Source: Lingula anatina
Taxonomy: Eukaryota; Animalia; Brachiopoda
Direction: 5' to 3'
NCBI GenBank assembly: GCA_051362555.1
Contig: JBPQGU010000016.1
Coordinates: 868,001-932,000 of the forward strand
DNA: 64,000 nt
Part shown: positions 1 to 26,956 of the stretch, piece after piece
How the letters are laid out: each line of letters begins with the position of its first letter
Numbering within the stretch: position 1 is the first letter of the stretch
Notes under the pieces: model-generated
Told to the model about the DNA's origin: nothing
Databases searched by the model: none
What the model saw: only the letters and a program-made list of their open reading frames with translations
Made by a program: the position numbers and the translations under genes

Positions 1-854
1 TACATGTGAAGAACTTCAATTGAGGTATTGTTCAGGTCACATATAATCTTCTCGGCCTCTGTGACTGACACAAAGTTGGCATATTCTATGTCCAATACTT
101 TCAGATGTGGAAATGAAGACAATGTGCCATATTCTACGGTGTCCAGTCCACAGCTAATGAAAGCTAATCGTTCGATAGGACAGTTTTTCAACATGGCAAA
201 AGTGTGCTTTCTTATGTTCGTTACAGATCCAACTCCATGAAACACCACTGTTTTCAGTGAAGTAAGATTGTTGTATCCGCGACCAAATGGTGGATTTCCA
301 TCCGGTAGACTTGGAAAGGTCACCTGTTGCAATTGGTGTAAGGGAGCTAAGGTTTGGTCTAAATAGCCTTGTTGAATCTGTGCACTGCTGCTCATTCTTC
401 CGAACATCAGAACTTCTAACAAGATTAAATCACGAAACAAGTTCGTGGGGAATGCTTCATAATCGAAGTTCATGTCCCAATGAAGTGGAGACAAATCTAA
501 GAGTTCCAAATTCCATAAACCTGTAAAACTATCCTCGTGAAAGTGTTTTATGTTGTTCCCTCCGACATACAGTGCTTTCAGTCCCTCCAGTTGGTTAAAT
601 GCGTGCGGTGGGATCTCAGACAGACCGGTGTAGCGTAGATCCAGTACAGTTGTATTACGTGGTATAGCTATCTCCAGGGGCAGGGCACGGATTGGACTGT
701 AAGAGCAGTTGAGAATCCCCTGTGACCAGGACGTAAAATCACAGTGACATGGCGCCGGGCATCTCTGAGCCTTGAAACCTCCACAACTAACAATGAAATT
801 CACCAAACACCACAGATACAGAATAAAGTAACCATTTCCTGGCATCGTGGACAT
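1..854 (-). CDS. Leucine-rich-repeat receptor, probably Toll-like receptor (N-terminal ~284 aa; continues beyond the left edge)
   Basis: Manual translation from ATG at 854 is open to the window edge (absent from the ORF track because there is no stop). It shows a signal-peptide-like start MSTMPGNGYFILYLWCLVNFIVSCGG, an LRRNT cap CPAPCHC, then LRRs (TTVLDLRYTGLSEIPPHAFNQLEGLKALYVGGNNIKHFHEDSFTGLWNLELLDLS ... FPHLKVLDIEY). No TIR domain is visible in the window, so TLR is an inference. Confidence 0.8.
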   Translation of the reverse strand, partial: MSTMPGNGYFILYLWCLVNFIVSCGGFKAQRCPAPCHCDFTSWSQGILNCSYSPIRALPLEIAIPRNTTVLDLRYTGLSEIPPHAFNQLEGLKALYVGGNNIKHFHEDSFTGLWNLELLDLSPLHWDMNFDYEAFPTNLFRDLILLEVLMFGRMSSSAQIQQGYLDQTLAPLHQLQQVTFPSLPDGNPPFGRGYNNLTSLKTVVFHGVGSVTNIRKHTFAMLKNCPIERLAFISCGLDTVEYGTLSSFPHLKVLDIEYANFVSVTEAEKIICDLNNTSIEVLHM

Positions 855-1649
855 TTCAGTTATCGGCAATCTGGGCTCCCTTTTTGCGAGTAAGGAATGA
901 TTCACATACACAATTTTTTTACTAAACAGCCACTCATGCAGTCACATTCTATAATTCCACATGAAACTCTCCTCTTAAGATAGGGCCAAATTATGGCGAC
1001 GGGCTTTTTTATAGGCATTTATATATATTTATGGACTACATAAACATTTATCTAAGCTTACACATTGTATTACTCTTCTACTTTGGTTGTGAATTTGACG
1101 AGGATTATACACGAACAATTAACTAAATGTAGTACTTTCTCTGGGTCTTTTATCCAATATGTTTTTCTTCCTGGTTTTGAAGAGATCGGTTGACATTTTT
1201 AAAAGAAAATTCAATATGTTTATACATGTACAGACTTATTAAAAGCGTTTAGAGTGTAGAATCAACACCGTGTTTCCATTGCGCTCCTTTATGTTCACAA
1301 CCACAAGTCACGATCTCACGCGTATGGAACACCGTGCCCCTTTAATACCTTGCGAAATGACGTTTTTTAACATTTGCTGAAACCAGAACGCATTGATGAA
1401 AATGAAGAATGTGAGAAAAAAAAGATAAGGAAACCTTAGAACAAAGAAAGTGCGATTACACCCACCGCAAGAGATTTTTGACGTGTTCTCCACCCTTCCC
1501 CCCAAGTTCATCAGGAAGCTTTTTTTTTCTATATACTTCTACATATTAAAATTTATGTAAATCAAATAACTTATGCTCTCACACAACTGTACCAGACCCT
1601 CTCCCTCGACACCTGAGTGTGTACAATTCTTTTGTTTGCCAACAGCTGT

Positions 1650-1660
1650 GGGGAATTCCC
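1650..1660. promoter_or_regulatory. Palindromic NF-kB-type site upstream of the LRR gene
   Basis: GGGGAATTCCC about 800 bp 5' of the LRR start codon; motif match only. Confidence 0.35.
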
Positions 1661-1877
1661 TCTTCATCCACCGAACTTTTTGATTGGACAGTCTTTGTTG
1701 AGGTGAAACAACGTAAGTGTATTGTCTCTTGAATGAAGGCAAAATCATTTAGTGCAGGGATATTTTCTACTATATTTTTTTACGAATTAATGTTCTATTT
1801 ATTTCTCATCAAATACGAAATACAGTATTGGTAACCCGGAAAAAAACATATTACAATCGATGTAAGGTAGCTTTTGT

Positions 1878-2240
1878 TTAGTCTAAATAACCTTTTTGCA
1901 TCTGTGTTGCGTTAAATCATGGAATAAGTTCACGAGGAACGTTTCATTATCAAAATGTGTGTCCGGATGAAGTGGAGACAATTCCATGTGTTTCAAAGTT
2001 CATAAACCTGCAAAGCTATCCTCATGAAAGTGTTTTATGTTGTTGAATCCTGCATATACTGCTTTCAGATTTCAAATATAGTGCCTTCTCCTGGTAATAA
2101 CATCCCCAATATGTTTTTCTTCCTGCTTTTGGTACAGAAACATTTCTTAAAAGAAAAATAAAAAGGTCTGTTCAGGTTTTAAAATAGCGTATAGCCCGTA
2201 GAATTAACCCCATGTTTATCTTGCGTTCTTTTCTGTACCC
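1878..2240 (-). pseudogene. Degenerate fragment of a paralogue of the LRR/TLR gene
   Basis: 1878-2068 resembles ~355-580 and translates LKAVYAGFNNIKHFHEDSFAGL*TLKHMELSPLHPDTHFDNETFLVNLFHDL, with TGA at the Trp codon. About 2103-2240 resembles upstream sequence ~1152-1295. Confidence 0.8.
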
Positions 2241-2247
2241 TGGGTAT

Positions 2248-2848
2248 TTTTCTTATCAGTAAAAACAATTTGCATATCATATCTCATATTTCATCTATCT
2301 TTATTTTCAAATTTCAGGAGTTTCATATTAGTAGTAGTAAAATGAAAATAAAATATATATTAGATCAAACGATATTGTATTGTTTCTGCTTTTGAAAAGG
2401 TCATAAGATTTCTAGTGGGAATTTGAAAAGGAAGGTGCTTGCCATGCGAGGTTTAAAAAGATTAAGTCTGCCACACTTTGTGGCAATATTTTCTTAAGCA
2501 CAGAATTTAAAATTGAGGAAGTTATAAACGGAAGTAAAAATTACTGACTTCAAAAGAAATTGAAATTTCCAATGATATTAGACATTGTAAGAAAAGATCC
2601 CAGCATTTCAAAACAATAGTGCACTAGCACAAGTCATTTTGTCTGTTACAAGTTCAATAGTAAACATACGACATGTTTATGAGTAGATTTTTCTCATCAG
2701 TAAAAACAATTTGCATATCATATCTCCTATTTCATCTATCTTTATTTTCAAATTTCAGGAGTTTCATGTAAGTAGAATAAGTATGAAATGAAAATAAAAT
2801 ATATTAGATCAAATGGTAGCCTATTGTTTCTGTTTTAGAAAAGGTCAT
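2248..2848 (+). repeat. ~160-bp direct duplication (about 2248-2405 and 2688-2848)
   Basis: Both copies read tcagtaaaaacaatttgcatatcatatctc..tttattttcaaatttcaggagtttcat..aaaaggtcat. Confidence 0.8.
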
Positions 2849-3727
2849 CTTAAGTGGGAATTTTTTTGGGGGGGAGGTCAGTCATATAACTATCTATACC
2901 ATATTTAATATTTTAATCACACATTATGATATATCTCATTGCACTATTTTATAAATAATGAACAGTAATGCTTAAATAAATACTACAATATAAAATTTAA
3001 TTATTTTCACTTGACAGGAAAAATTTTATGACATTAATTTAATCGGTGCAAGGAACCACAGAATTTGCACATTATTCTGGTTTTGCATTTCATGACCTTT
3101 TCATTCTTTAACCCTGTAAGGCTACAGTAACTTCTTTCCAAGGAAAAAGATAAATATTGGTCATGCCACACAGAAAACAAAGTATCAATAAAAATATGTA
3201 TAACAGATTGCAGATATTCTTAAATAATCCAAGGAAGAAATCCTAGACTTGTAAAAGTAAGTTTCACCTAACACCTCAAATTGTCTTTAATCTTAAGTAA
3301 CCATCATAATAACATTTAATGGTTCGGATGATATTCATGTAACTCAACCTCTTAGAGTAATGCCAACTTGAAATTGAACTTCTAACAAATGTGGCATTTG
3401 GACAGAAAAGTTTTGCAGATAGAACTGGACAAGATTCACTAATAGGCGCATCCTCTATACAGAAAAAACGGTGACGTTTCTGTTCAAAACCAACACCTAA
3501 AGCTGACAAAATATAAAAAAAACTTTACTACCTTTTTATGTTTGAAAAACATTTACCAACTCCACATCTTTTCAGGAATAAAATAACATGGTTTGGTCAT
3601 CATCAATCATTTCCATATGGTGACAATGACACAGAAACCACTGACAAAACTAGGTCAAGGTGACCCCCCCCCCAAAAAAAAAAAAAAAAAGGTCAACCTG
3701 ATCCAGTTTTTAGCATCAATCCACCAA

Positions 3728-6705
3728 TCACGGTTTGTTGAGCATCACCATGCACATGAAGTCCTCATAACTAATTTGAATATTTCCAGTTCCAGAAGTG
3801 TCCCTGGCCCTGAAGTTGTCTGTCAGAGATCTGAGGAGGACACATGATTGGATGAAATTGTCCAAGGTCAAGGCCCTTCGTGCATGGACATCATATTTGG
3901 TGACGATTAACTGAGCGAACTGTGGCGATAAACGAAATCCCATTTCAGTGAATGCTGCAATAAGATAAAGTCATATTTAAATATTTCTTGAATCATGAGA
4001 AACACCTGCTCACTAAAAGGCTCTATTGATCTGTGGACTTACTTATCTGTGGATCAAATATGGCCAACCCACTTGAAAGCTTGCTCTAATTTATTGCTCT
4101 GCTCCTGTTAGTTTCAAATTTATCTTAGAGCTTGTTTGTTTCATATGTAAGAAAACATTTCTAGAAAAATAATTCATTATTTATTTTCAATTACTTTTAC
4201 CAATAATGACCAACAGATGCTGTAAAAGAGCTTACCGTTATGCAACTCATTAAACTCTATAGATCCAGATCTGTCTCTGTCGTATCTGTCAAAGACTCCC
4301 TTCCACTGGTGTATGTAATTCCACAGGGCCTGGAACTCATTCAGATCTATATGGCCGCTGTGATCCCTATCAAACATACCTGGAAATAGGATACAAATTG
4401 CACAATAAAGAAAGAAAATAGTCAGTGTTAGAAATGAACGCTGGAACGTCTGCCCGGGGCTGACAACTTTCAGAACGGACTGAGAAGTTTTTCCACCTGG
4501 CAGGCATTCGAGCCAGCTACTTTTCAAGATGGCTGAACTTTCGGTCCTGCAACTAGTTTTCCTAAGAGGCAAACAGTGAATACAGTGTTATTCTAGGATC
4601 AGAGAGGTGATACTACCTTCAGGGTAGGTACCACCACAGTTATCAATAAGTTACAGTTTTCAAAGAGATCTACCCACCTATCATGAGCCTACAAGTTTCA
4701 GCATTAAAGTGGCTCCAGTTAGCATTGGTGAGGGCCTGTTGCAACTCTGTGACTGTGATTCTGCCAGATCTGTCAGCATCCACTGTGGTGAACCAGTGGT
4801 ATACCTGGGGGTCTATCCCTGGGGGTGGGGCACCATACCCTGGAATTAGAGTTAGAAAATACTGTGAACCAGTGATACACCTGGGGGTCTATCCCTGGGG
4901 GTGGGGCACCATAACCTGGAATTAGAGTTAAAACATACATATACTGTGGTAAACCAGTGGTACACCTGGGGGTCTATCCCTGGGGGTGGGGCACCATACC
5001 CTGGAATTAGAGATAAAACATACATATACTGTGGTGAACCAGTGGTACACCTGGGGGTCTATCCCTGGGGGTGGGGCACCATACCCTGGAATTAGAGCTA
5101 AAACATACTTATACTGTGGTGAACCAGTGGTACACCTGGGGGTCTATCCCTGGGGGTGAGGCACCACACCCTGGAATTACAGCTAAAACATACTTATACT
5201 GTGGTAAACCAGTGGTACACCTGGGGGTCTATCCCTGGGGGTGGGCACCATACCCTGGAATTAGAGTTAAAACATACATATATGGTGGTGAACCAGTGGA
5301 ACACAGGATTGTATCGATTGGCTTTGTTCCTGGGGGTTTATCCCTGGGGTAAATTCTATAGTCTAGCCACCTGTCACAGGGCGGATCCAGAGATATTTTC
5401 TGACAGTCTTCCAAATTATCTTTCAAATTGTTGATCCATCCTCCATTTTTTGACCATCTTCCAACAGTAAAAAAATAGATACCCATCATGTAAACTTGAA
5501 AATCTGCTGTCTTCCGGAAGACCCACAAGACAGCCTCAATATGCCCCTGTGTCATTAAAAGTCAATACACCTCATACACACTGCATATATACTTTGGTCT
5601 CACTGAGATACATTTTAAGCCATTTTGCAGGGAGGGGGGGGGGGGGGGGCGGTGAATGTTTAATCAATATGCATTTCACTTCAACTAAAAACATCAGCCT
5701 TACCTGGTTGTTGATAACCACCATACCCAGGCTGTGGGGCTCCGTAGGGTTGCCCTGGGGGTGGGGCTCCGTAGGGTTGCCCTGGGGGTGGAGCGCCATA
5801 GCCCTGAGTATAAGGGAACATAAATAATGCATTTAAAATAAATCACATCAATAGATATTAACAATGAAATACAAATGATTGATTTTTTCATACTGATAAA
5901 GACAAAGTCATAATATATTTTACACAATTAATTACATAAAGCTAGAATACCACTACATAATTTTAAGGGTTTAAACTCACCCGGTAAAACTGTTTGGTTG
6001 ACAAGATTTATAGATGTGATTAATTGATTTTTCAGTATTGTAGGGTAAGCCAGTTAGCACACTTACAGTATCTCCCCCCCCCCCTCAAACCTATAAGTCT
6101 TTAATTTTCAATGTTAATCAAAAAGAAGTTATGTGGTGACTTTGATCAATGTATCTTTTTTTCTTTTTAAATTAAATCTTCAAGCTCTTGCAGCAAATTT
6201 CCATCCAAGGGATATCCTAGGCCCTCATAACATTTGTATGGCGCAAAAACATCGTTAATTAGTAAATTAATTACCTAACTAATTACTCTGAATAGCGGAA
6301 ACATTGCACAAAGTCACAGCACAAAAATAACTCAGAGAAATTCAAAGTTATATCAAGATGGAGGAAATACAAGTGCCAGTCAGTCTACTCGCAAGTTGGT
6401 ACCAATCTAGATTTTAGTCTTAAGAGCAGTTGTAAAAGGGAAACAAAGGGAGAGGCACAGCAAGGGTGTGTCACTGAGAAAGTGAGAGAGTGTAGATGGC
6501 GGAAGTGACTGTGTCCAAAGTTGTAGCACAGACTCTGTCACCGTCTTGAACTCTTCCCTGGCAGAAATTTCAATTTTCTCTGTTTTCTTTTTGAATCTGA
6601 CAGTTTGCATTTAAACCGCACACAACTAATGGGAATAGTGTTCCTTCAAAATACCTGTGCAGGTTGCCCGTATCCATAGCCGCCAGGTGGGGGATAGCCT
6701 GCCAT
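3728..6705 (-). CDS. PEF1: Peflin-like penta-EF-hand protein (PEF1/PDCD6 family), ~227 aa, 5 coding exons
   Basis: Exons 6705-6655, 5803-5704, 4839-4678, 4379-4236 and 3954-3728, all GT-AG and in frame (684 nt). G/P/Y/Q-rich N-terminus (MAGYPPPGGYGYGQPAQGYGAPPPGQPYGAPPPGQPYG) followed by EF-hands DADRSGRI, DRDHSGHI, DRDRSGSI and DTSGTGNI. Confidence 0.88.
4423..4578. mobile_element. ~155-bp MITE (CAGTGTT termini); second copy at 14119-14274
   Basis: Near-identical internal sequence in two different genes' introns (gtctgcc.ggggctgacaactttcagaa..gctgagaag); the second copy has CAGTGTT...AACACTG inverted ends. Confidence 0.7.
4781..5350 (-). repeat. Tandem ~83-bp repeat copying the PEF1 exon 3 acceptor and the first ~56 nt of the exon
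   Basis: About 6 full units plus one partial of actgtggtgaaccagtggtacacctgggggtctatccctgggggtggggcaccataccctggaattagag; only the leftmost continues into coding sequence. Confidence 0.9.
5377..5549. mobile_element. ~170-bp MITE with CAGGG termini and 5-bp TSD; other copies at 19969-20141 and 38546-38713
   Basis: Three copies share ccagagatattttctgacagt. Flanking direct repeats are TGTCA/TGTCA, GTACT/GTACT and AATAA/AATAA. Confidence 0.8.
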
Positions 6706-6926
6706 ATTGGATCTCGAAAAATCACGCGTGTAAAGTTCAATCTCGCAGGAGTCACATGACACATCGTACGACCCAAGTTTCAAAATGGTGGCATGACACA
6801 CATTGAGTCATACCGCTCTGATTAAAGTTTATCATAAAAATTAACGAAAATTCTGCGGTTAAGTGACTGGACCAAGATAAAAACGATCTGTTTCATGACT
6901 GACGGAAGGCAGCCAATACAGGAATT
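6706..6926. promoter_or_regulatory. Bidirectional promoter shared by PEF1 and NPC1, with a CLEAR/M-box-like element
   Basis: Only 221 bp separates the divergent ATGs (6705 minus, 6927 plus). GTCACATGAC at 6751-6760, TGAGTCA near 6805 and CCAAT near 6913. Confidence 0.65.
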
Positions 6927-23045
<16,119 letters not shown>

Positions 23046-24347
23046 GGTATACACAGCCATCAGGGTTGTAATTACACAAAATGCAAACACATTACATAAT
23101 AATTGATACCTTTGCAACACATTGAATAATATAATATCCATGTGGTATAATATTCCTGTGGCCTTTGACCTTTAGAAAATGAATGTGACCTTGACCCTGT
23201 AGATTTCACCTTGACCTGGCCAATAGAAATTTCCCATTCTGGTGTGTTCTTGTTTGGTTCTTTGCCTGTAGGATTCTTTTTTACCTCTTGAGTTTGAAAC
23301 TACCATTCTTTTAGAAAAAAAAAACAAAACTCTTATAACGTACGGCACAATACTTCTTTTCACTGATTCTTTATGGTAGTTATATTCTGTTTTTTTTTTG
23401 TTTTTTTTTGTGCAATATTGTCACTTAGAGTAAATGTTTTGAAAACGGCAATAGTATTCAAGAAATAGAAAACAGACAAAACAGCAGACTCCATGTATGT
23501 TGATGAAAAGTAAATTGTTTCTAAAGAAACTAAACGTTCAGCCCAAATATTTTGAAAGTATCTACAGTTATCAGGAAATAGAGAGATTAAACCTTGAAAA
23601 CGGACAAATCAAAATACTCAAAGTGCATTGCTTTTAATGAGCCAAGCAAGTAGAAAGAATTATCACTCTGAACTGAGTTCATTTATTGTTTGCTTTGGTA
23701 ACACTTTCACCTGTCAGTTTTATTTTAAAATCTGGCTGGCCTAAACAGTTTCAAGCCCGTGTACTTTTATAACAGGTGTTTGCTGCCACAACTACTTATT
23801 GTTGATAATTTACACTGTTGCTGTAGGTAGAGCTGCCATGAGAAGAATAACTTATTGCTCCTAAAATGTGAACATACTAACTGTCTTGTGTAAACAGTAA
23901 CATGTTTGAACTAAGCCCAAGATTTGTTTACACCTATCTGTCCCATGCTTTACTCATTTGTCACAATTTCGAATGTGAAAGAAACATTTGTAAAAAAAAA
24001 AATGTATCACCATGCTGCCACCTATGTTTAATAGCCGTAACAAACACTGTAATAAGATTTAACGTTTGTGATAAGAAATGTGAAGCACATGCAGTGGAAA
24101 CGGAGTTAAAGGTTTCAAAACATTAATATGTAAATGTAAATGTAACTTAACTCGTCTTAGCGCCTGACATTTAATTGTTACCCCCAATCCCTGCAGGTCC
24201 ATAATTTTAACACCAGTATGTAGTCTGTTTTGGCCGCATAAAGTAATTGCAAAAGATAGACTTACAAATTTCAATTGAGATAAGCTGACATTTATTGAAC
24301 ATTAGCCAATATTACCCACAATGCTAAATTACCCATGATTCTTGCAG

Positions 24348-24448
24348 GTCCACCGTTGAACAAGGCCACTCTGTATGCCAGCCAGAAAGATGACAGAGAT
24401 CAAGGCAAGACCATCGAGAATGTACAGGTCCTTTGTGGTGATACTTGA
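24348..24448 (+). CDS. NPC1: Alternative NPC1 terminal exon B (GPPLNKATLYASQKDDRDQGKTIENVQVLCGDT*)
   Basis: cttgcag acceptor, same phase as exon A, and a paralogous start (GPPLNKATL versus GPPINKAIL). Confidence 0.75.
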
Positions 24449-25671
24449 AACAGCACAACTCCCAGGCGGAGAGACTTAAAACAGAACTTTATGAGGCATA
24501 CAGACTTGGCCAATGAAAAAATGGAGAGAGAGAGGGGGAATGATAATCATTAAAAAGCAAAATCAATGCAACTCATTCTGTTCATCAAGTTTTGATGTTG
24601 AGAATCATTATTCAGACTTGATAATTTTATGAATTATTCTCAAAAGGTGAGAAGCTAATTTAACATATAACGTTGAGCACCACAATATTTGAAGGCTGTG
24701 GTATGCCCAATTTACATGACCCTCATTCCTAAAATAGTGACCAGAAAATAGTAGGTAAATATATACTTGCCTGAAAAAAAATTAATCTTGCCACAGTATT
24801 TTTGTAAGTATTTTGTTTTCAGGAGATTCAATTTAAAACTGTGGCTTCTATACTCAGGGTGCAAAATTTTCTAACTTTAAGTTAGGACACATTTGGATGA
24901 AAAAGCATCAAGATTATGTATGCCATCGTTTAGAAAGCTGTCAGAATTTAAACACGGCCTTTGGGGGCTGTGTGACGTCAGACTTTTGTAAAAAACATGC
25001 TCAGAACTTTTTGTTAGCTAGGCGGGATCAACTTTTTAGTCCATAGGCTGAAACTTATGTGCTGAAAATGTCTTCTTAGAAAAAGTGACACATAAAACAC
25101 GATTTTTTTTTTTTGTACTTATGTGCAATAAACTAAAATTCTAGATAAATTGAGAGAAAACAACCAGAAAAATATCTAAATTCTGTCAGTTATTATTTCT
25201 TTGTACCACATGCACTACCGAGTAGTCTACACATTTTCTGGCCCCATTTTCCTCCAGATCTTTTGATATCTCACTTAATTTTTAATGTCAAATTGTGAGA
25301 TTTTGACCCATTTCTTATTGCACTTACTGCCCATTGTGTGGTCATTGGTTAGTGAATTTGGTTCCTTTTGTCCATTGTGTCTTACTTGTGTAGATAACAG
25401 AAAATAAAAGAGGCAGGTTCTCTTTAAGGGTAAATTCTAAAGATACATTAATATTATAGAACTGATGTAATTTCAAATGACTGTATATGGCATTGGATGT
25501 GAAAATTGGTTGCAATATCAGCAATTTTCTAGAACTCACTCAAAATTACTTGGAGTTAAACCCCCAAATTCCATGTATGCTCTCTTTGATTATAATCTCT
25601 CAGAAAATTTTATTGGCAGCTCATTTTTTTTTTCTTTTTTGAAAAAGGGAGTGCTGATGTGTTAAAAATTG

Positions 25672-25718
<47 letters not shown>

Positions 25719-26956
25719 ACTGTGAATGATGTTAATGTTAAAATATATACATCTAAGATATACACAGAAAAATAAGAGAAAAAGAAAAAATTACTTCACG
25801 TGAATGAAGTATTTACACTGCAACCAATGGAAAATTTTTGACATTTTGTCTAATATTGTCAAATGACTTCTGGGCTTAAAAATTACTTATATATTTATGT
25901 TATCGGCTGTGCTTGTGCTGTATATGTAATCTGTTGTTAGAGTTGATTTACCTTTGGTTTTAAGTGATGATCGAAGCAGTCATTTGAATTATTTCACCAC
26001 ATATGAGTCAAGTGTTGAGAAAAGAAGATCCACATCCAGCAAAATAATATATATACACACACATTGTGCAATTTTTACATGTATAGATATTCGATCCCTA
26101 TATCTGATAAATCACACCTTCTATTAGCAAAGTGTTGACAATTTTTCTCCTTTAGCACTTGCGCACATAAAATAATTACCCCCCTGATTGGTCAGTTTTG
26201 GTAAATTATTGTTACAGGTTTTCTTCTTTGGTTGTAAGAGCTAAAGTGATACAAAGCGGATAAATTTTTTAGTTATTGGAACACTTTCCATAGATATGAT
26301 AAATAATTGACAATCTTAATTTGTTGCGGAAATATAAAATTTGAGTGTCATTTGTAAATAAGTGTTGGCACAGTCAATTCTTGAGCAAATTGTACATAAG
26401 AAGCAAATAAAACAAATGTGTTGAATAAAAAAGATATTTGTATTTATTGTTACATTTTAACATATAAAATAAACATCTTTTTTTTCTGATTAAGAGATGC
26501 AATCATGCTATTTCATTACTGAACAAAAATGTTTGTAGTCATTTGCCCTATCTCTACTTTTCTCTACTGTTGCAATATTGGAAACAAAAAGACTGAATTG
26601 CAGTTCTACAAATAAGTGGTCATGTTTTAATATCTGAAAGAAAAAATTTAATTCCTCAAAAAAAAAAAAAAAAAAAAAAATTAAATGGGCAATCTACAAG
26701 GAGGTTAGATTCTAACAAAAAGATGGGTAACATATCGGGGGGATATAAAAATCAGTTTGTAACAAAACCTTAAATTCAGTTTTATCTTGAAATAATCATT
26801 TTAAGGAGACTCAAGATACAATAAAAGACAAAACATTTTTTCTCACATCTATCACAGTTTTTTAAATCTATCAATTAAAGCAGCAACTTCCTCGTGATTT
26901 TTTTCTCAGAGGAACTGCTTGTGAAGTGGTGCCCTCTATAGAGCTGTTCAAGAACT

